NCBI GenBank assembly: GCA_963668315.1
Contig: OY764216.1
Coordinates: 800,001 to 864,000 of the forward strand
Source: Spirochaetia bacterium
GTDB lineage: Bacteria > Spirochaetota > Spirochaetia > DSM-2461
DNA length: 64,000 nucleotides
Direction of reading: 5' to 3'
A program made the position numbers and the translations under genes. This document shows positions 1-9,939 of this stretch, in pieces. The notes beneath the pieces were generated by a model, which was given only the letters and a program-made list of their open reading frames with translations, was not told the DNA's origin and did no database searches. Position 1 is the first letter of the stretch; the number at the start of each line of letters is the position of its first letter.

Positions 1-983
1 ACGTTAGGTATAATTTTATTTATTTAATAGATGTTCTCGAACACATAGATAAAGATAAAATAATATTTGTACTACAAGGATTGTGTAAGTTACTTGAAGA
101 TAAAGGGAAATTGTTTATTATAACACCTAATGCAACTTCAATCAGCGGTGCTTATTTTAGATATATTGATTGGACCCATCAATTATCTTTTACACCAACA
201 AGTATATTGCATTTATTGGAAGAGTCAGGTTTTACTTTTGTAGATATATATGAAGAAGATATCATTGGTGATTATGTTGAGGATAAAGAATTAATAAAAG
301 AAAATATTTTTTTTAAGCAGTTTCATAGATGGATGCAATTTGCTCAATTTGGTTATGATAAGCTGTCATTATTTGTTTCTCCTAATATGAAGGTTATTGC
401 ATATAAAGAAAGGAATCAAACGTTTGCCTATAAAGTTAATGTTGATATTGATGATAAAATTGATCTGGCAAGTTTTTATTATAATCAATCCTCCCTTTAT
501 GATGATAATATCGAAATTTATTCCTTACTGAATATATATCAGAAGTTAATTAATAAACTTTCGATTGAAAATAGTAAGCAGATGTATCTAATTGATGAAT
601 TGAATTCTAAGATAAATGAAAATAGAAGAAAAGAGAGGGCAAATAATATAAAGTATTTATCAGAAATTGAAACAACTCAGAATGCAATTATAGATATGCA
701 TAAATATCTTTATAATTTAAAAAAACCTAACATATTATATAAAATTAAGACATTCCTTTTTTTATATAAAAATCCAAAGTTCGATAGCGTTTTTTATTCC
801 AAAAAATATAATATAAACAAAGGACACGTTGGTTCTCTTTTACACTATATTATTAAAGGTGATAAAAAGCTATTCTCTCCAAATATCTATTTTAAATATG
901 ATTATTATTTTAATAGAAATGCTAATTATTTGAATGGTAAGAATATATTGCTATATGAAATATTGAGGAATAATAATGAATAA
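1..983 (+). CDS. Class I SAM-dependent methyltransferase with coiled-coil-like segment (5'-truncated by window), surface glycan cluster
   Basis: Frame is open from position 3 (VRYNFIYLIDVLEHIDK...GKLFIITPN), the DVLEH/G.L...TPN methyltransferase motif, so the 81 start is not real; C-terminal FD..FY...Y...LLHYI..G motif seen in glycan-biosynthesis proteins. Confidence 0.7.
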   Translation, partial: VRYNFIYLIDVLEHIDKDKIIFVLQGLCKLLEDKGKLFIITPNATSISGAYFRYIDWTHQLSFTPTSILHLLEESGFTFVDIYEEDIIGDYVEDKELIKENIFFKQFHRWMQFAQFGYDKLSLFVSPNMKVIAYKERNQTFAYKVNVDIDDKIDLASFYYNQSSLYDDNIEIYSLLNIYQKLINKLSIENSKQMYLIDELNSKINENRRKERANNIKYLSEIETTQNAIIDMHKYLYNLKKPNILYKIKTFLFLYKNPKFDSVFYSKKYNINKGHVGSLLHYIIKGDKKLFSPNIYFKYDYYFNRNANYLNGKNILLYEILRNNNE

Positions 984-2040
984 AATAAATCTTCTTTTAC
1001 ATATTGGTATACATAAAACTGGCTCGACAGCAATACAAAGCTTTTTATACTTAAATCATGATGAAATACTAAAACATGGTTACTATTATCCTATTGATCA
1101 TACATTAGTAGAAAATAAATTAATTATAATAAGAAAATTGATACAGACAAATAGTATAAGTCAGCTTAATGTTTTACTTGAAAATCTTGTTAAGAGGGCA
1201 AAGGAAAACAATTGTCATACAGTGATATTATCTGATGAAGATTATCAAGAATTTTGTCATAGTTCTGATGATAGGATAAAATGTTTATCCAACTATTTTA
1301 ATGTAAAAATATTAATGTATGTTAGACGACAGGATCGATATTCAGAATCTGCTTATGGTTTTTGGATCCAATGGCATTATAAGAGAATAACAGCAGAATC
1401 TAGATCAATATTCCATATCTTTCCTCTTGTTAATTACGTTTATCTAGTAAGTTTTTGGGAAACAATATTTTCAAGAGAAAATATATATCTAAAAGTCTAT
1501 GATGATGAATCTAAAAATCATAATTTAATAAATAATTTTATTAAATTTCTTGAAATTGATCTACAAGATATAAAAACACCTGATATAACTGAATCTAACA
1601 TTACAAGTAATAAATTTATATTAGATTTTTTACGTAAAATTAATCATATCCCTTTTTCTGATGAAGAGTATATAAAAATTAAAGAATATCTTTTAACAAA
1701 AAGTATAATTAAAAATGGACCTAAACCGTTTTTTTTAGATGTTAATGAAAGAAAAAGAGTTCTGAACTTGGCATCTGATACAAATAAAGAAATTGCAAAA
1801 AAATATTTTGGTAGAAAAGAACTGTTTACGTATGAAAACCTTGAAGATAAAAGTCCAACATTATCAAATGAAATTTTTAATCAAGTATTTGATGATTTAG
1901 TAAATGAACCGAATTTATCAACATTTATTAATAGATCCTTACTAAATTTGAATATAGAGAAATTAAGGGATTTAATAATTGAAAATAAAAGAGAAAAAAA
2001 TATTAGTTTGTGCGATTATATTGCCAGATATAAAAGATAA
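976..2040 (+). CDS. Sulfotransferase-like P-loop protein
   Basis: N-terminal LHIGIHKTGSTAIQ, plus LSDE and YVRRQD motifs. Confidence 0.65.
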   Translation: MNKINLLLHIGIHKTGSTAIQSFLYLNHDEILKHGYYYPIDHTLVENKLIIIRKLIQTNSISQLNVLLENLVKRAKENNCHTVILSDEDYQEFCHSSDDRIKCLSNYFNVKILMYVRRQDRYSESAYGFWIQWHYKRITAESRSIFHIFPLVNYVYLVSFWETIFSRENIYLKVYDDESKNHNLINNFIKFLEIDLQDIKTPDITESNITSNKFILDFLRKINHIPFSDEEYIKIKEYLLTKSIIKNGPKPFFLDVNERKRVLNLASDTNKEIAKKYFGRKELFTYENLEDKSPTLSNEIFNQVFDDLVNEPNLSTFINRSLLNLNIEKLRDLIIENKREKNISLCDYIARYKR

Positions 2041-3318
2041 ATGGAAAAAAGTGATATTGATTACTGGGAGAAATTTTGTCTGAAAAAGATGATTCCTATT
2101 GTTAAGAATTTCTCGAGCTGGGTAATATCGCAAGCAGATAAAGACAATTTTGACATATTACTATTTCTATCTAGAGATGGGTTTTATCCATATTTATATT
2201 ATAAGAAAGCATCTGCTAATAAACATATAAGGTCAGAAGGCAGGTATGTGTTATCCTCAAGACGTGCATATTTATATGCTTCAAAATTAAATGATAAAGA
2301 TGAACTACTTGATGCAATTCTTAATGAACAAAATAGTATTGAAAAAAAATGTAGTATTAAAGCAATAATTGAAAATATTGGTCTAGATTTATGTAATTAT
2401 GAAGATGAATTAAGAAAATTCGGTTTTCAACATCAATTGATTGATATCCAATCAAATAATCAGAAAGATAAATTAAGAGAATTTCTTGAATATATATATA
2501 GAGATATTCATAATGCTATTGAATTAGAAAAAAAAGCGCTAATGAACTATTTTGAGAATCTAGGGGTAATTAACAAAAGAATTTGTATAATAGATATCGG
2601 TTGGAGAGGAACATCACAGTTAGCACTGATGTCATTATTAAATTGTGAAGTTTTTGGGTATTACTTTTGTTTACAAAAGAAAATTGATCGTAAACTTGAA
2701 AAAAATGTAAAAACATTTATTGATGAACTTTGTTTTTCAAAAATAAAATCCCATTATGTTTTTTCAAATATTATGATGTTTGAGTTTCTGTTTTCAAGTC
2801 CGATGAAGTCTTTAAAACATTTTAATATTGAAAAAGGATATGCTAGACCTGAGTTTATTGATAGAGGCGAGGATAAATATATAAATTCTATCCATAAAAT
2901 CTTTTTAAATGAATATAAAAAGAATATGCATCAATATGATTTTTGCAGATATCAAAGCAATATAGATTTAATTAAATACTTTTTTTTCTTAAATATTAAG
3001 AGTAAAAAAGATCGTATAGCTTTTTCAAGAGTTTCTATAAATATTGGAATTGGTGAGATCAATCCAAATTATCCCATCGTGAATAAAATATCAATTTCAA
3101 AAATTAAATCATACAAAGATTTAAGTTCTTTATATTATAACTCAAAATGGAAAGATACATTATGTATAGAATGGGATGTACTTTCATTTAAGAAGATCAA
3201 ATTATTTTTATTATATAAATTTAGAACTTTGATAATAGTAGATAAGATTATTAAATTTGCAAAAATAATTATCAAACGACCTAGAAAAAGGAACATTTCC
3301 CCATGCCCCAAATCCTAA
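2041..3318 (+). CDS. Polysaccharide-cluster protein resembling the C-terminal part of HAD-superfamily (COG5610-like) proteins
   Basis: LFLSRDG, SRR and IDIGWRGTSQ motifs; abuts upstream stop; no N-terminal HAD DxxxT motif visible. Confidence 0.55.
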   Translation: MEKSDIDYWEKFCLKKMIPIVKNFSSWVISQADKDNFDILLFLSRDGFYPYLYYKKASANKHIRSEGRYVLSSRRAYLYASKLNDKDELLDAILNEQNSIEKKCSIKAIIENIGLDLCNYEDELRKFGFQHQLIDIQSNNQKDKLREFLEYIYRDIHNAIELEKKALMNYFENLGVINKRICIIDIGWRGTSQLALMSLLNCEVFGYYFCLQKKIDRKLEKNVKTFIDELCFSKIKSHYVFSNIMMFEFLFSSPMKSLKHFNIEKGYARPEFIDRGEDKYINSIHKIFLNEYKKNMHQYDFCRYQSNIDLIKYFFFLNIKSKKDRIAFSRVSINIGIGEINPNYPIVNKISISKIKSYKDLSSLYYNSKWKDTLCIEWDVLSFKKIKLFLLYKFRTLIIVDKIIKFAKIIIKRPRKRNISPCPKS

Positions 3319-4487
3319 TCACCGGCGCCGGCCTTTCCGGCGCCGTCATTGCCCGTCATCTGGCGGAAAAAAACTACATACTCACCGTCATAGACGAAAA
3401 ATCCCACACAGCCGGCCACTGCCGTACCTACCGGGACGAGAAAACCCAGGTCATGATACATCAGTACGGCCCCCATATCTTCCATACCGACATTAAGGAA
3501 GTCTGGGACTACGTGAATCGATACGCCGAATTCATGCCCTACACCAACCGGGTTAAAGCCCGCACCGAATTCGGCACCTACAGCCTGCCTGTCAACCTAC
3601 TCACCCTGAGCCAGCGCTTCGGTAAGGAATTCTCCCCGCGGGAAGCCTACGACTTCGTTCAGTCCAAGGCGGATAAATCCATCACCGACCCGAAAAACTT
3701 TAAGGAAAAAGGCCTAAGCCTGATGGGGGAGGAGCTCTACCACACCTTCTTCTCCGGCTACACCTTCAAGCAGTGGGGGCGGGATCCGGAAGAATTGCCC
3801 GCCTCCGTGCTCTCACGACTTCCCTTTCGCTTTAATTACGACGACAACTACTTTACCCACCCTTACCAGGGAATGCCTAAGGAAGGCTATTCTGCGCTCA
3901 TAGACAATATTCTGGATCATCCTAATATAACCGTGAAGCTGAAACATGTCTTTGATAAGAAAGAAGCGGAACAATACGACCATGTCTTCTATTCGGGACA
4001 GCTGGACCGCTACTTCGATTTCGCCCATGGCAGACTGGAATACCGCACTCTGGACTTTGAAAAGTTCTATCCTTCCGAAGAGGAAACCTTGAACGGCGAT
4101 TATCAGGGTGGCGCCGTGGTCAATTACTGCAGCCCCCTGGTTCCCTGGACTCGTATTACCGAGCACAAGCACTTTGCTCCCTGGGAAGAGCACGAAGGTA
4201 CCGTCTGCTACAAGGAGTACAGCCGGAACTGCGAGCCCGAAGATATCCCCTACTACCCGGTCCGCCTGAGCGGCAAAAACGACCTCCTGGGCACCTACGT
4301 GGCCGAAGCCAATAAACTCGCCGGCATTACCTTTGTAGGGCGTTTGGGACTGTACCAGTACTTTGATATGGACAAGACCATCGACGCCGCCCTTAAAACA
4401 GCCCGCCAGTTCGAAGAGAAATTCCGACCCGGAAAAGAGTGTGCTTTACCGATAGCGTACAATCAAGTTCGCAATTTTAATTATTGA
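3303..4487 (+). CDS. glf: UDP-galactopyranose mutase (C-terminal tail supplied by IS)
   Basis: GAGLSG FAD motif, HQYGPHIFHT, TRITEHKHF, PYYP, GRLGLYQYFDMD. Confidence 0.95.
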   Translation: MPQILITGAGLSGAVIARHLAEKNYILTVIDEKSHTAGHCRTYRDEKTQVMIHQYGPHIFHTDIKEVWDYVNRYAEFMPYTNRVKARTEFGTYSLPVNLLTLSQRFGKEFSPREAYDFVQSKADKSITDPKNFKEKGLSLMGEELYHTFFSGYTFKQWGRDPEELPASVLSRLPFRFNYDDNYFTHPYQGMPKEGYSALIDNILDHPNITVKLKHVFDKKEAEQYDHVFYSGQLDRYFDFAHGRLEYRTLDFEKFYPSEEETLNGDYQGGAVVNYCSPLVPWTRITEHKHFAPWEEHEGTVCYKEYSRNCEPEDIPYYPVRLSGKNDLLGTYVAEANKLAGITFVGRLGLYQYFDMDKTIDAALKTARQFEEKFRPGKECALPIAYNQVRNFNY

Positions 4488-5798
4488 AAGAAGCCATCGA
4501 ATTCTCCAGAATGGTAATGCACAACTAAAACCATGGAGGAAGAAAACGATGGCTAAGGAAAATGATAATGGTAATCTGGAAAAAATGCTACTCCAATTCA
4601 TTTCGGAACCGGATCCCATTTTCAGCTTATTGAAATGGCTACTGGAAAAGCTTATGGAAATAGAAGCGGCGAATAAAGTAGGAGCTCAAAAGGGGTCTCA
4701 TTCTACGGGAAGATCCACCCATTTTTCTGGATATCGACCACGCCGATTTGATACTCGTCTTGGAACACTGTATCTCCTTGTCCCCAAGCTCAGAAAAGGC
4801 GGATATATTCCCTTCTTTGTAACAGAAAAGAAGAGATCCGAGCAAGCTCTGATTCAGGTTGTCCAGGAAGCATTTATCAACGGTGTTTCAACCAGAAAGA
4901 TTGAGAAATTGGCTATGAGTCTGGGCATTGAAAATATTTCAGCCAGCCAGGTCTCTGAAATCAATAAGGGACTTGATGAACAGGTAGATGAATTCCGCTA
5001 TCGATCTCTTGATTCAGAATATCCTGTCATCTGGGTTGATGCCCTCTATGAAAAGATCCGGTATAACGGAAGAGTGAGAAATATGGCTGTGATGGTTGTA
5101 TCTGGTGTTAATTCACAAGGATTCAAAGAAATCCTTGCTGTTGAACCAATGCAGGAAGAATCAGAAAGCACTTATACCGAACTGTTCAGGTCTCTTAAAG
5201 CAAGAGGATTTAAAAATGCCTGGCTCTGTGTCTCTGATGCCCATCTGGGACTTCAAGCCGCCATAAGAAAGGAACTCATCGGTTGCTCCTGGCAACGCTG
5301 TAAAATCCATTTTATGAGGAACATCCTGTCCCATCTTCCTGCCAGGGATAAAGAAGCTGTTGCCGGCAGAATTAAGCAGATTTGGAATCAACCGAACTCC
5401 CAATCGGCCCGTGAATATGCATACCGAATTATAGAGGAATTTGAAGAACAATTTCCGAAGTCCATGACTTGTCTTGAAGACGGATTAGAAGACTCTCTTC
5501 AGTATTATGAATTCTCAGAAATAGACAGCCGGAAAACTGCTTCTACCAATCAACTGGAACGATTGAATCGGGAAATCCGTAGACGATCTCGTGTTGTGGG
5601 AATCTTTCCCAGTATTGACTCCTACCTTAGACTAGTCTGTTGTTACCTGATTGAATACTCAGAAGACTGGGCTTCGGGAAAACGGTATATCAGTGAGAAA
5701 TCGATTGATGAACAAAGAATTAAATTAGGTCAGGCTGCCTAATGGGGAATTTTGATGGCTTCTTGAAAGGAAAGTTGCGAACATGGCTGGACACTATC
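4451..5798 (+). mobile_element. IS256-family insertion sequence, 1348 bp
   Basis: Imperfect 28-bp terminal inverted repeats (4451-4478 / 5771-5798, 22/28 match); 8-bp target duplication GCTTTACC at 4443-4450 and 5799-5806. Confidence 0.95.
4549..5742 (+). CDS. IS256-family (Mutator-type) DDE transposase
   Basis: GYRPRRFDTRLG, GVSTRK, WVDA, VSDAHLGL, WQRCKIHF, TNQLERLNREIRRR; SD GGAGGA upstream. Confidence 0.95.
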   Translation: MAKENDNGNLEKMLLQFISEPDPIFSLLKWLLEKLMEIEAANKVGAQKGSHSTGRSTHFSGYRPRRFDTRLGTLYLLVPKLRKGGYIPFFVTEKKRSEQALIQVVQEAFINGVSTRKIEKLAMSLGIENISASQVSEINKGLDEQVDEFRYRSLDSEYPVIWVDALYEKIRYNGRVRNMAVMVVSGVNSQGFKEILAVEPMQEESESTYTELFRSLKARGFKNAWLCVSDAHLGLQAAIRKELIGCSWQRCKIHFMRNILSHLPARDKEAVAGRIKQIWNQPNSQSAREYAYRIIEEFEEQFPKSMTCLEDGLEDSLQYYEFSEIDSRKTASTNQLERLNREIRRRSRVVGIFPSIDSYLRLVCCYLIEYSEDWASGKRYISEKSIDEQRIKLGQAA

Positions 5799-5824
5799 GC
5801 TTTACCCTTTGCGGAGATATAAAA

Positions 5825-6745
5825 TCATGAGTAGTAAGTAAACAGAAAAAGCAACCCCGCGAATAAACGAACCTTCCCGCTCTCTATCTGACTAAAATCC
5901 TTTTTCTGCTCCTTCAAAATACTTCGGCTTCGTCGGTAATAATCTGGCAGGTTTCCAAAAGCCGTCTTGTCCAGGTTCCAGTACAGGTCCTCGGCTATCT
6001 TGGCCGTTATGAAAGGAGCCAGAATTTCCCTTCTTTCTGTTGCTATGCCCTCAATAAGAGGCAGAATCCGATTATACAAATCGGAAATCCGCCGGGGATC
6101 GTTTTTTTTCTTCACCGAAGAGTCCGGATTCGACTGGCGGTAACTGTAAAGGGATTCCGGCAGAATATAGAGGCTTTGCGCCTTAAGAAATGTCTCCCAG
6201 AAAAAAGGAAGATCCTGGAAGGAAGCCCCCGGCGTTTCGGCAAAACGGATACGGTGCAGCTCCAGAAAATCCCTTCTGTAAAAGGCGGACCAGATGGAAG
6301 GGTTGTTTACCAGCAGCCGGGGATTGGATTCGGGAGTGCATTCCCCCCATTTATCCGACTTGAGTTGGTAGACAGACTCCCGGGGAGGATCGTCCCAGAA
6401 GAGAGTGAAGTTTCCCTTGATAATATCCGCTCCCAAATTCGGCTTAATCCGCTCCAGGCAGTCCGGTTCATACAAGTCATCCGGCTCCAGAATCCCTATA
6501 TAATCGCCCCGAGCCTCGTCCAGTCCCCGGTTCATCGCCTTACCGTAGCCGCCGTTGGGGCCGGTAAACAGGCGAAAACGAGCGTCCCCGGCGGCATAGT
6601 CCTCCAAAATAGTCAAAGAACCGTCGGTACTGCCGTCGTCAATCAGGATAAACTCGGCATCTTCCTTTTGAACGGACAGGGAATTCAAGGCTTGGGGCAG
6701 GTAGTTGCGAACGTTGTAAACAGGAACGATGATGGAAAAAGTCAT
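5825..6745 (-). CDS. Glycosyltransferase family 2
   Basis: SIIVPVYN, DDGSTD, N.G.....GDYI..LEPDD, FQD. Confidence 0.9.
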   Translation of the reverse strand: MTFSIIVPVYNVRNYLPQALNSLSVQKEDAEFILIDDGSTDGSLTILEDYAAGDARFRLFTGPNGGYGKAMNRGLDEARGDYIGILEPDDLYEPDCLERIKPNLGADIIKGNFTLFWDDPPRESVYQLKSDKWGECTPESNPRLLVNNPSIWSAFYRRDFLELHRIRFAETPGASFQDLPFFWETFLKAQSLYILPESLYSYRQSNPDSSVKKKNDPRRISDLYNRILPLIEGIATERREILAPFITAKIAEDLYWNLDKTAFGNLPDYYRRSRSILKEQKKDFSQIESGKVRLFAGLLFLFTYYS

Positions 6746-7674
6746 ATCCTATTCAATACCTTTTGCTTCAACCGAAAGAACCAGCCGTGAATATGTATAG
6801 ACAAAGAATAATACGCAAGGGACGTCCGTTTGTTCCGGCTGAATTCCCGGTGCCGTTCCGCTGGAACTTGCCTTTGGGCCCACTTGAGCGTCCGGAATTC
6901 AAAAAGATAAGCGTATAGCAGCCATTCCCGGGTATAATCAGCCTTAACGATATCATGGACCTTGCGGAATATAGGGAATACATCAAAGATTCGGTCTCCC
7001 CGGGTATTGGTTATCGATTCACTCCGGCTGTCGTTGTAGCAGTAGAGCTGACGGGGATAGAAGACGATCCATTCCGCCTTGGACATGGTTTGAAAATGGA
7101 AAGGCATATCTTCGAAAATCAGACCTTCCGAAAAGGTGAAACCGTTCTTGGTAAGAAAATCCCGCCGGTACATACGCCGCCAGACAGAGGGTTGGAAGAG
7201 GAGAGTTTTAGGGTACATTTTCAGATCTCCCGCACTGATCGCACTCTTTTCCAGATAATCCCAGACACGTCCATCTATATATGAAATCCGTTCGTTTCCT
7301 CTGTTCATGAAGGCATCGGCTATAACCATGTCCGCCCGGGAAGATTCCAGGGATTCAGATAGAGCCGTCAGGTAATCGGGCATAAGGCAGTCGTCCGAAT
7401 CCACAAAGGCGATAAAATCTCCCTTCGCGGCGGCGATCCCTCTGTTGCGGGCGGCGGCCAGTCCCCGGTTTTCCTGTGAGATGATCTGTATTTGGGGAAA
7501 GAGGCGGATATGATTCTGGACGATACCCAGAGAGTCGTCGGTGGAGCCGTCGTTAACGGCGATCAGTTCCCACTTATCCTTGGGCAGAGTCTGCTTATCA
7601 AGGGAGTCCAGGCAGCGGGGGAGATCCTTTTCCACGTTGTAAACGGGCAAAATGACGGAAACCAGAGGAGTCAT
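6742..7674 (-). CDS. Glycosyltransferase family 2
   Basis: SVILPVYN, NDGSTD, ARNRG, FVDSDD, FED; 4-bp overlap with next gene. Confidence 0.9.
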   Translation of the reverse strand: MTPLVSVILPVYNVEKDLPRCLDSLDKQTLPKDKWELIAVNDGSTDDSLGIVQNHIRLFPQIQIISQENRGLAAARNRGIAAAKGDFIAFVDSDDCLMPDYLTALSESLESSRADMVIADAFMNRGNERISYIDGRVWDYLEKSAISAGDLKMYPKTLLFQPSVWRRMYRRDFLTKNGFTFSEGLIFEDMPFHFQTMSKAEWIVFYPRQLYCYNDSRSESITNTRGDRIFDVFPIFRKVHDIVKADYTREWLLYAYLFEFRTLKWAQRQVPAERHREFSRNKRTSLAYYSLSIHIHGWFFRLKQKVLNRI

Positions 7675-7745
7675 AGGATATCATACAGGAGGTTTCCCTG
7701 TCGCGTCAAATATTCGAAGAAAAATTTGCTCAGAGGGGATGTGAT

Positions 7746-8852
7746 TCACTCGTTTTGTATAACTAAAGAATGAAATATATCCGTGTTATCTCTGATGCGG
7801 GATTGAAGGATTTCACCGTTTTCTCCCCAGATATAAACGGGAACGTTGACATCCGTATGACCAGTCGTACTCCATGAGACGTCAGGCAGGTTGTGAATGC
7901 CGTTATTGTTCAGAACCGTTAAGCCTCCCGTCTCATGATCGGCCGTGACGATGACAACCGTATCGTTTTTTCCGGAGGCCCAGTCAATTACCCGGGAAAC
8001 GGTGTCGGAAAGCTCCAGAACCTCGTAAATGTTCCGGATCAGATCATTGGCGTGTCCGGCATGGTCGATTCTTCCGGCTTCAATCATAAGGAAGAAGCCC
8101 GTATCCGATTCTTCCAGCAAGTCGAGGGCTTTCATGGCCATATCGGACAATTCGGGAAGGCTGTCTGTTCCGTCGTACATATAGGGCATATAGCCGGTTC
8201 CGAAGAATCCGAAATACTTGTCTCCGGGAGCGTAATCCAGCCCGGAAAGTTCGGTGGCATTCTGGGATACACGATAATCCTGGAGCTCGGCCATGGTAAC
8301 GGATAAATTGACATCTCCGCCGCCGAAAATGACATCCGGCCGGCTTCTATTCATATATTGCCGACCGATCTCATTATAATTGCTCCTATCTATCGTATGG
8401 GAGGCAAAGGCGGCGGGAGTGGCATGAACGATAGTCGCCGTGGATACAAGGCCGGTCATTTTTCCCTCATCCCGGGCAATTTCCAGCAGCGTCAATAATT
8501 CGGTATTGCCGTCCATACTTAACACTCCGTTATTCACCTTTTCTCCCGTAGCCATGGCCGATGCGGAGGCTGCAGAGTCGGTAATAGGGGAATTGGCGGA
8601 ATATGTGGTCATATGGGTTTTATAGGGGAAATCTTCAAAACTAAGATGACCCGTCTCTCCGTATTCATAATACCCAGCGGCTTTGATCTGCTCGTCTCCC
8701 ATCCCGTCCCCGATAATCAGAATGGTGTTTTTACTGATAACTTTGTAATCCCGGTCGGGATATGAAGGGAAGAAGCATGAATTAAGAGAAATCAAGGTAA
8801 ATAGAATGAGAAGAGAGGTGATAGGAAGAGGTTTTTTTTCTATCCCGGTCAT
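7746..8852 (-). CDS. phoA: Alkaline phosphatase (PhoA-type), probable lipoprotein
   Basis: GDGMG, TDSAASA (catalytic Ser), HATPA, EAGRIDHAGH, TADHETGG; LISLNSC lipobox-like; ATG 8852 preferred because a promoter lies within the longer ORF. Confidence 0.85.
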   Translation of the reverse strand: MTGIEKKPLPITSLLILFTLISLNSCFFPSYPDRDYKVISKNTILIIGDGMGDEQIKAAGYYEYGETGHLSFEDFPYKTHMTTYSANSPITDSAASASAMATGEKVNNGVLSMDGNTELLTLLEIARDEGKMTGLVSTATIVHATPAAFASHTIDRSNYNEIGRQYMNRSRPDVIFGGGDVNLSVTMAELQDYRVSQNATELSGLDYAPGDKYFGFFGTGYMPYMYDGTDSLPELSDMAMKALDLLEESDTGFFLMIEAGRIDHAGHANDLIRNIYEVLELSDTVSRVIDWASGKNDTVVIVTADHETGGLTVLNNNGIHNLPDVSWSTTGHTDVNVPVYIWGENGEILQSRIRDNTDIFHSLVIQNE

Positions 8853-8858
8853 AATATA

Positions 8859-8888
8859 ATTATAAACCGGAGAAATTACCCGGTGCAA
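8859..8888 (-). promoter_or_regulatory. Sigma70-like promoter of phoA, probably leaderless
   Basis: TTGCAC-18 bp-TATAAT-6 bp-ATG; spacer region carries an ACCGG...CCGGT inverted repeat. Confidence 0.6.
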
Positions 8889-8925
8889 ATTTTGTTCTTC
8901 CCGACAGATAGAAGAAAAAGAACCC

Positions 8926-9930
8926 CTAATTCGTCTTCACCTGCATCCCCGCATAAACCGCCGGCGTAATGATATCCTTATCCCCCGACAAATCCAGATA
9001 GGGCCGCTCGTGCTCCAGGAACAGATCGACAAAAATCCTGGCGTCTTCATTAAGTAACAGCTGGTTTCCCAGAACCGCCCGCTCTTTGAAGTACTCCCCG
9101 TAGGCCGCGTCGGGCATAAGCAGGGAGTAGCGGAGGGCGGGAATCCAGACCATCTCCTTTACGGGAATCTTACGGCCGAACAGGAGGTCTACCCCCCAGA
9201 AATAGCTTTTTTCCCTATCGTCCGTGGGCAGGGTCATGTAGCCGATGGGAGCGGGATAGTTGGAGCCGACGGCGGTTTCAGCTGAGTAGATCCAGGGGCG
9301 GGAAAGATCGGACGCATGAAGGGTAAAGGCGAAGTGGTGGGGATTGTCTCCGTGGTTCGTGAGTATGGTCCGGTAATTCCCCAGGTAGAGTCCCGACAGT
9401 CCGTAAAAGCTTTTCTTCCCGAAGGGGTGGAAAAAGTATGATCCGTTGAATTGCGGTTCGTAAGGATAGATGTAGGAGACTCCCCCCCTGGCATACCAGT
9501 CGTTCTTGTCGTAAATTTCCATGCCCAGATAACGGGCTTCGTATCCCAGATAGTCGTAGTACTCCTTGATAAGGCTGATTGTCGCCACGGGCCGGTCGAA
9601 GGAGGACCGGAATTCATCCATACTCAGAAAGTTTTCCCTATAACCGGAGCGTACCTTGATTTTCTCTCCCAGTTTGAAGGTAAAGCTGACTTCGTCCGGT
9701 TTCACTTCCGATTCGTCTACCTGCACGGATATATCGGCGAACATTCCCGAGGAGAGATCCAGTTCGGCTCCCAGTTTTCCTTTCAGGTTAAGATACTCTT
9801 CCCAGTATCGGCTGGAATCGATGTCAATGAGAACGCTGCAGTTGATCTTGTTTTCGGCGAAGAGGGGCAGGGCGGCGAAGAGCATGAGCAGGGGGAAAAG
9901 TGTGTTTTTTACGTTGAAATTCAAGGGCAT
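8926..9930 (-). CDS. Exported beta-barrel protein, phosphate-selective porin O/P-like
   Basis: Signal peptide ending LFA; alternating beta-strand pattern; VRSG...FLSMDEFRSS...R.LG resembles the OprO/P G..K.PF.LE...SS...R..G segment. Confidence 0.45.
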   Translation of the reverse strand: MPLNFNVKNTLFPLLMLFAALPLFAENKINCSVLIDIDSSRYWEEYLNLKGKLGAELDLSSGMFADISVQVDESEVKPDEVSFTFKLGEKIKVRSGYRENFLSMDEFRSSFDRPVATISLIKEYYDYLGYEARYLGMEIYDKNDWYARGGVSYIYPYEPQFNGSYFFHPFGKKSFYGLSGLYLGNYRTILTNHGDNPHHFAFTLHASDLSRPWIYSAETAVGSNYPAPIGYMTLPTDDREKSYFWGVDLLFGRKIPVKEMVWIPALRYSLLMPDAAYGEYFKERAVLGNQLLLNEDARIFVDLFLEHERPYLDLSGDKDIITPAVYAGMQVKTN

Positions 9931-9939
9931 GGTTGTTTC

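Noticed and set aside
3303..4487. glf as a pseudogene
   Set aside because: The IS replaces only the last four residues; all recognisable catalytic motifs are intact
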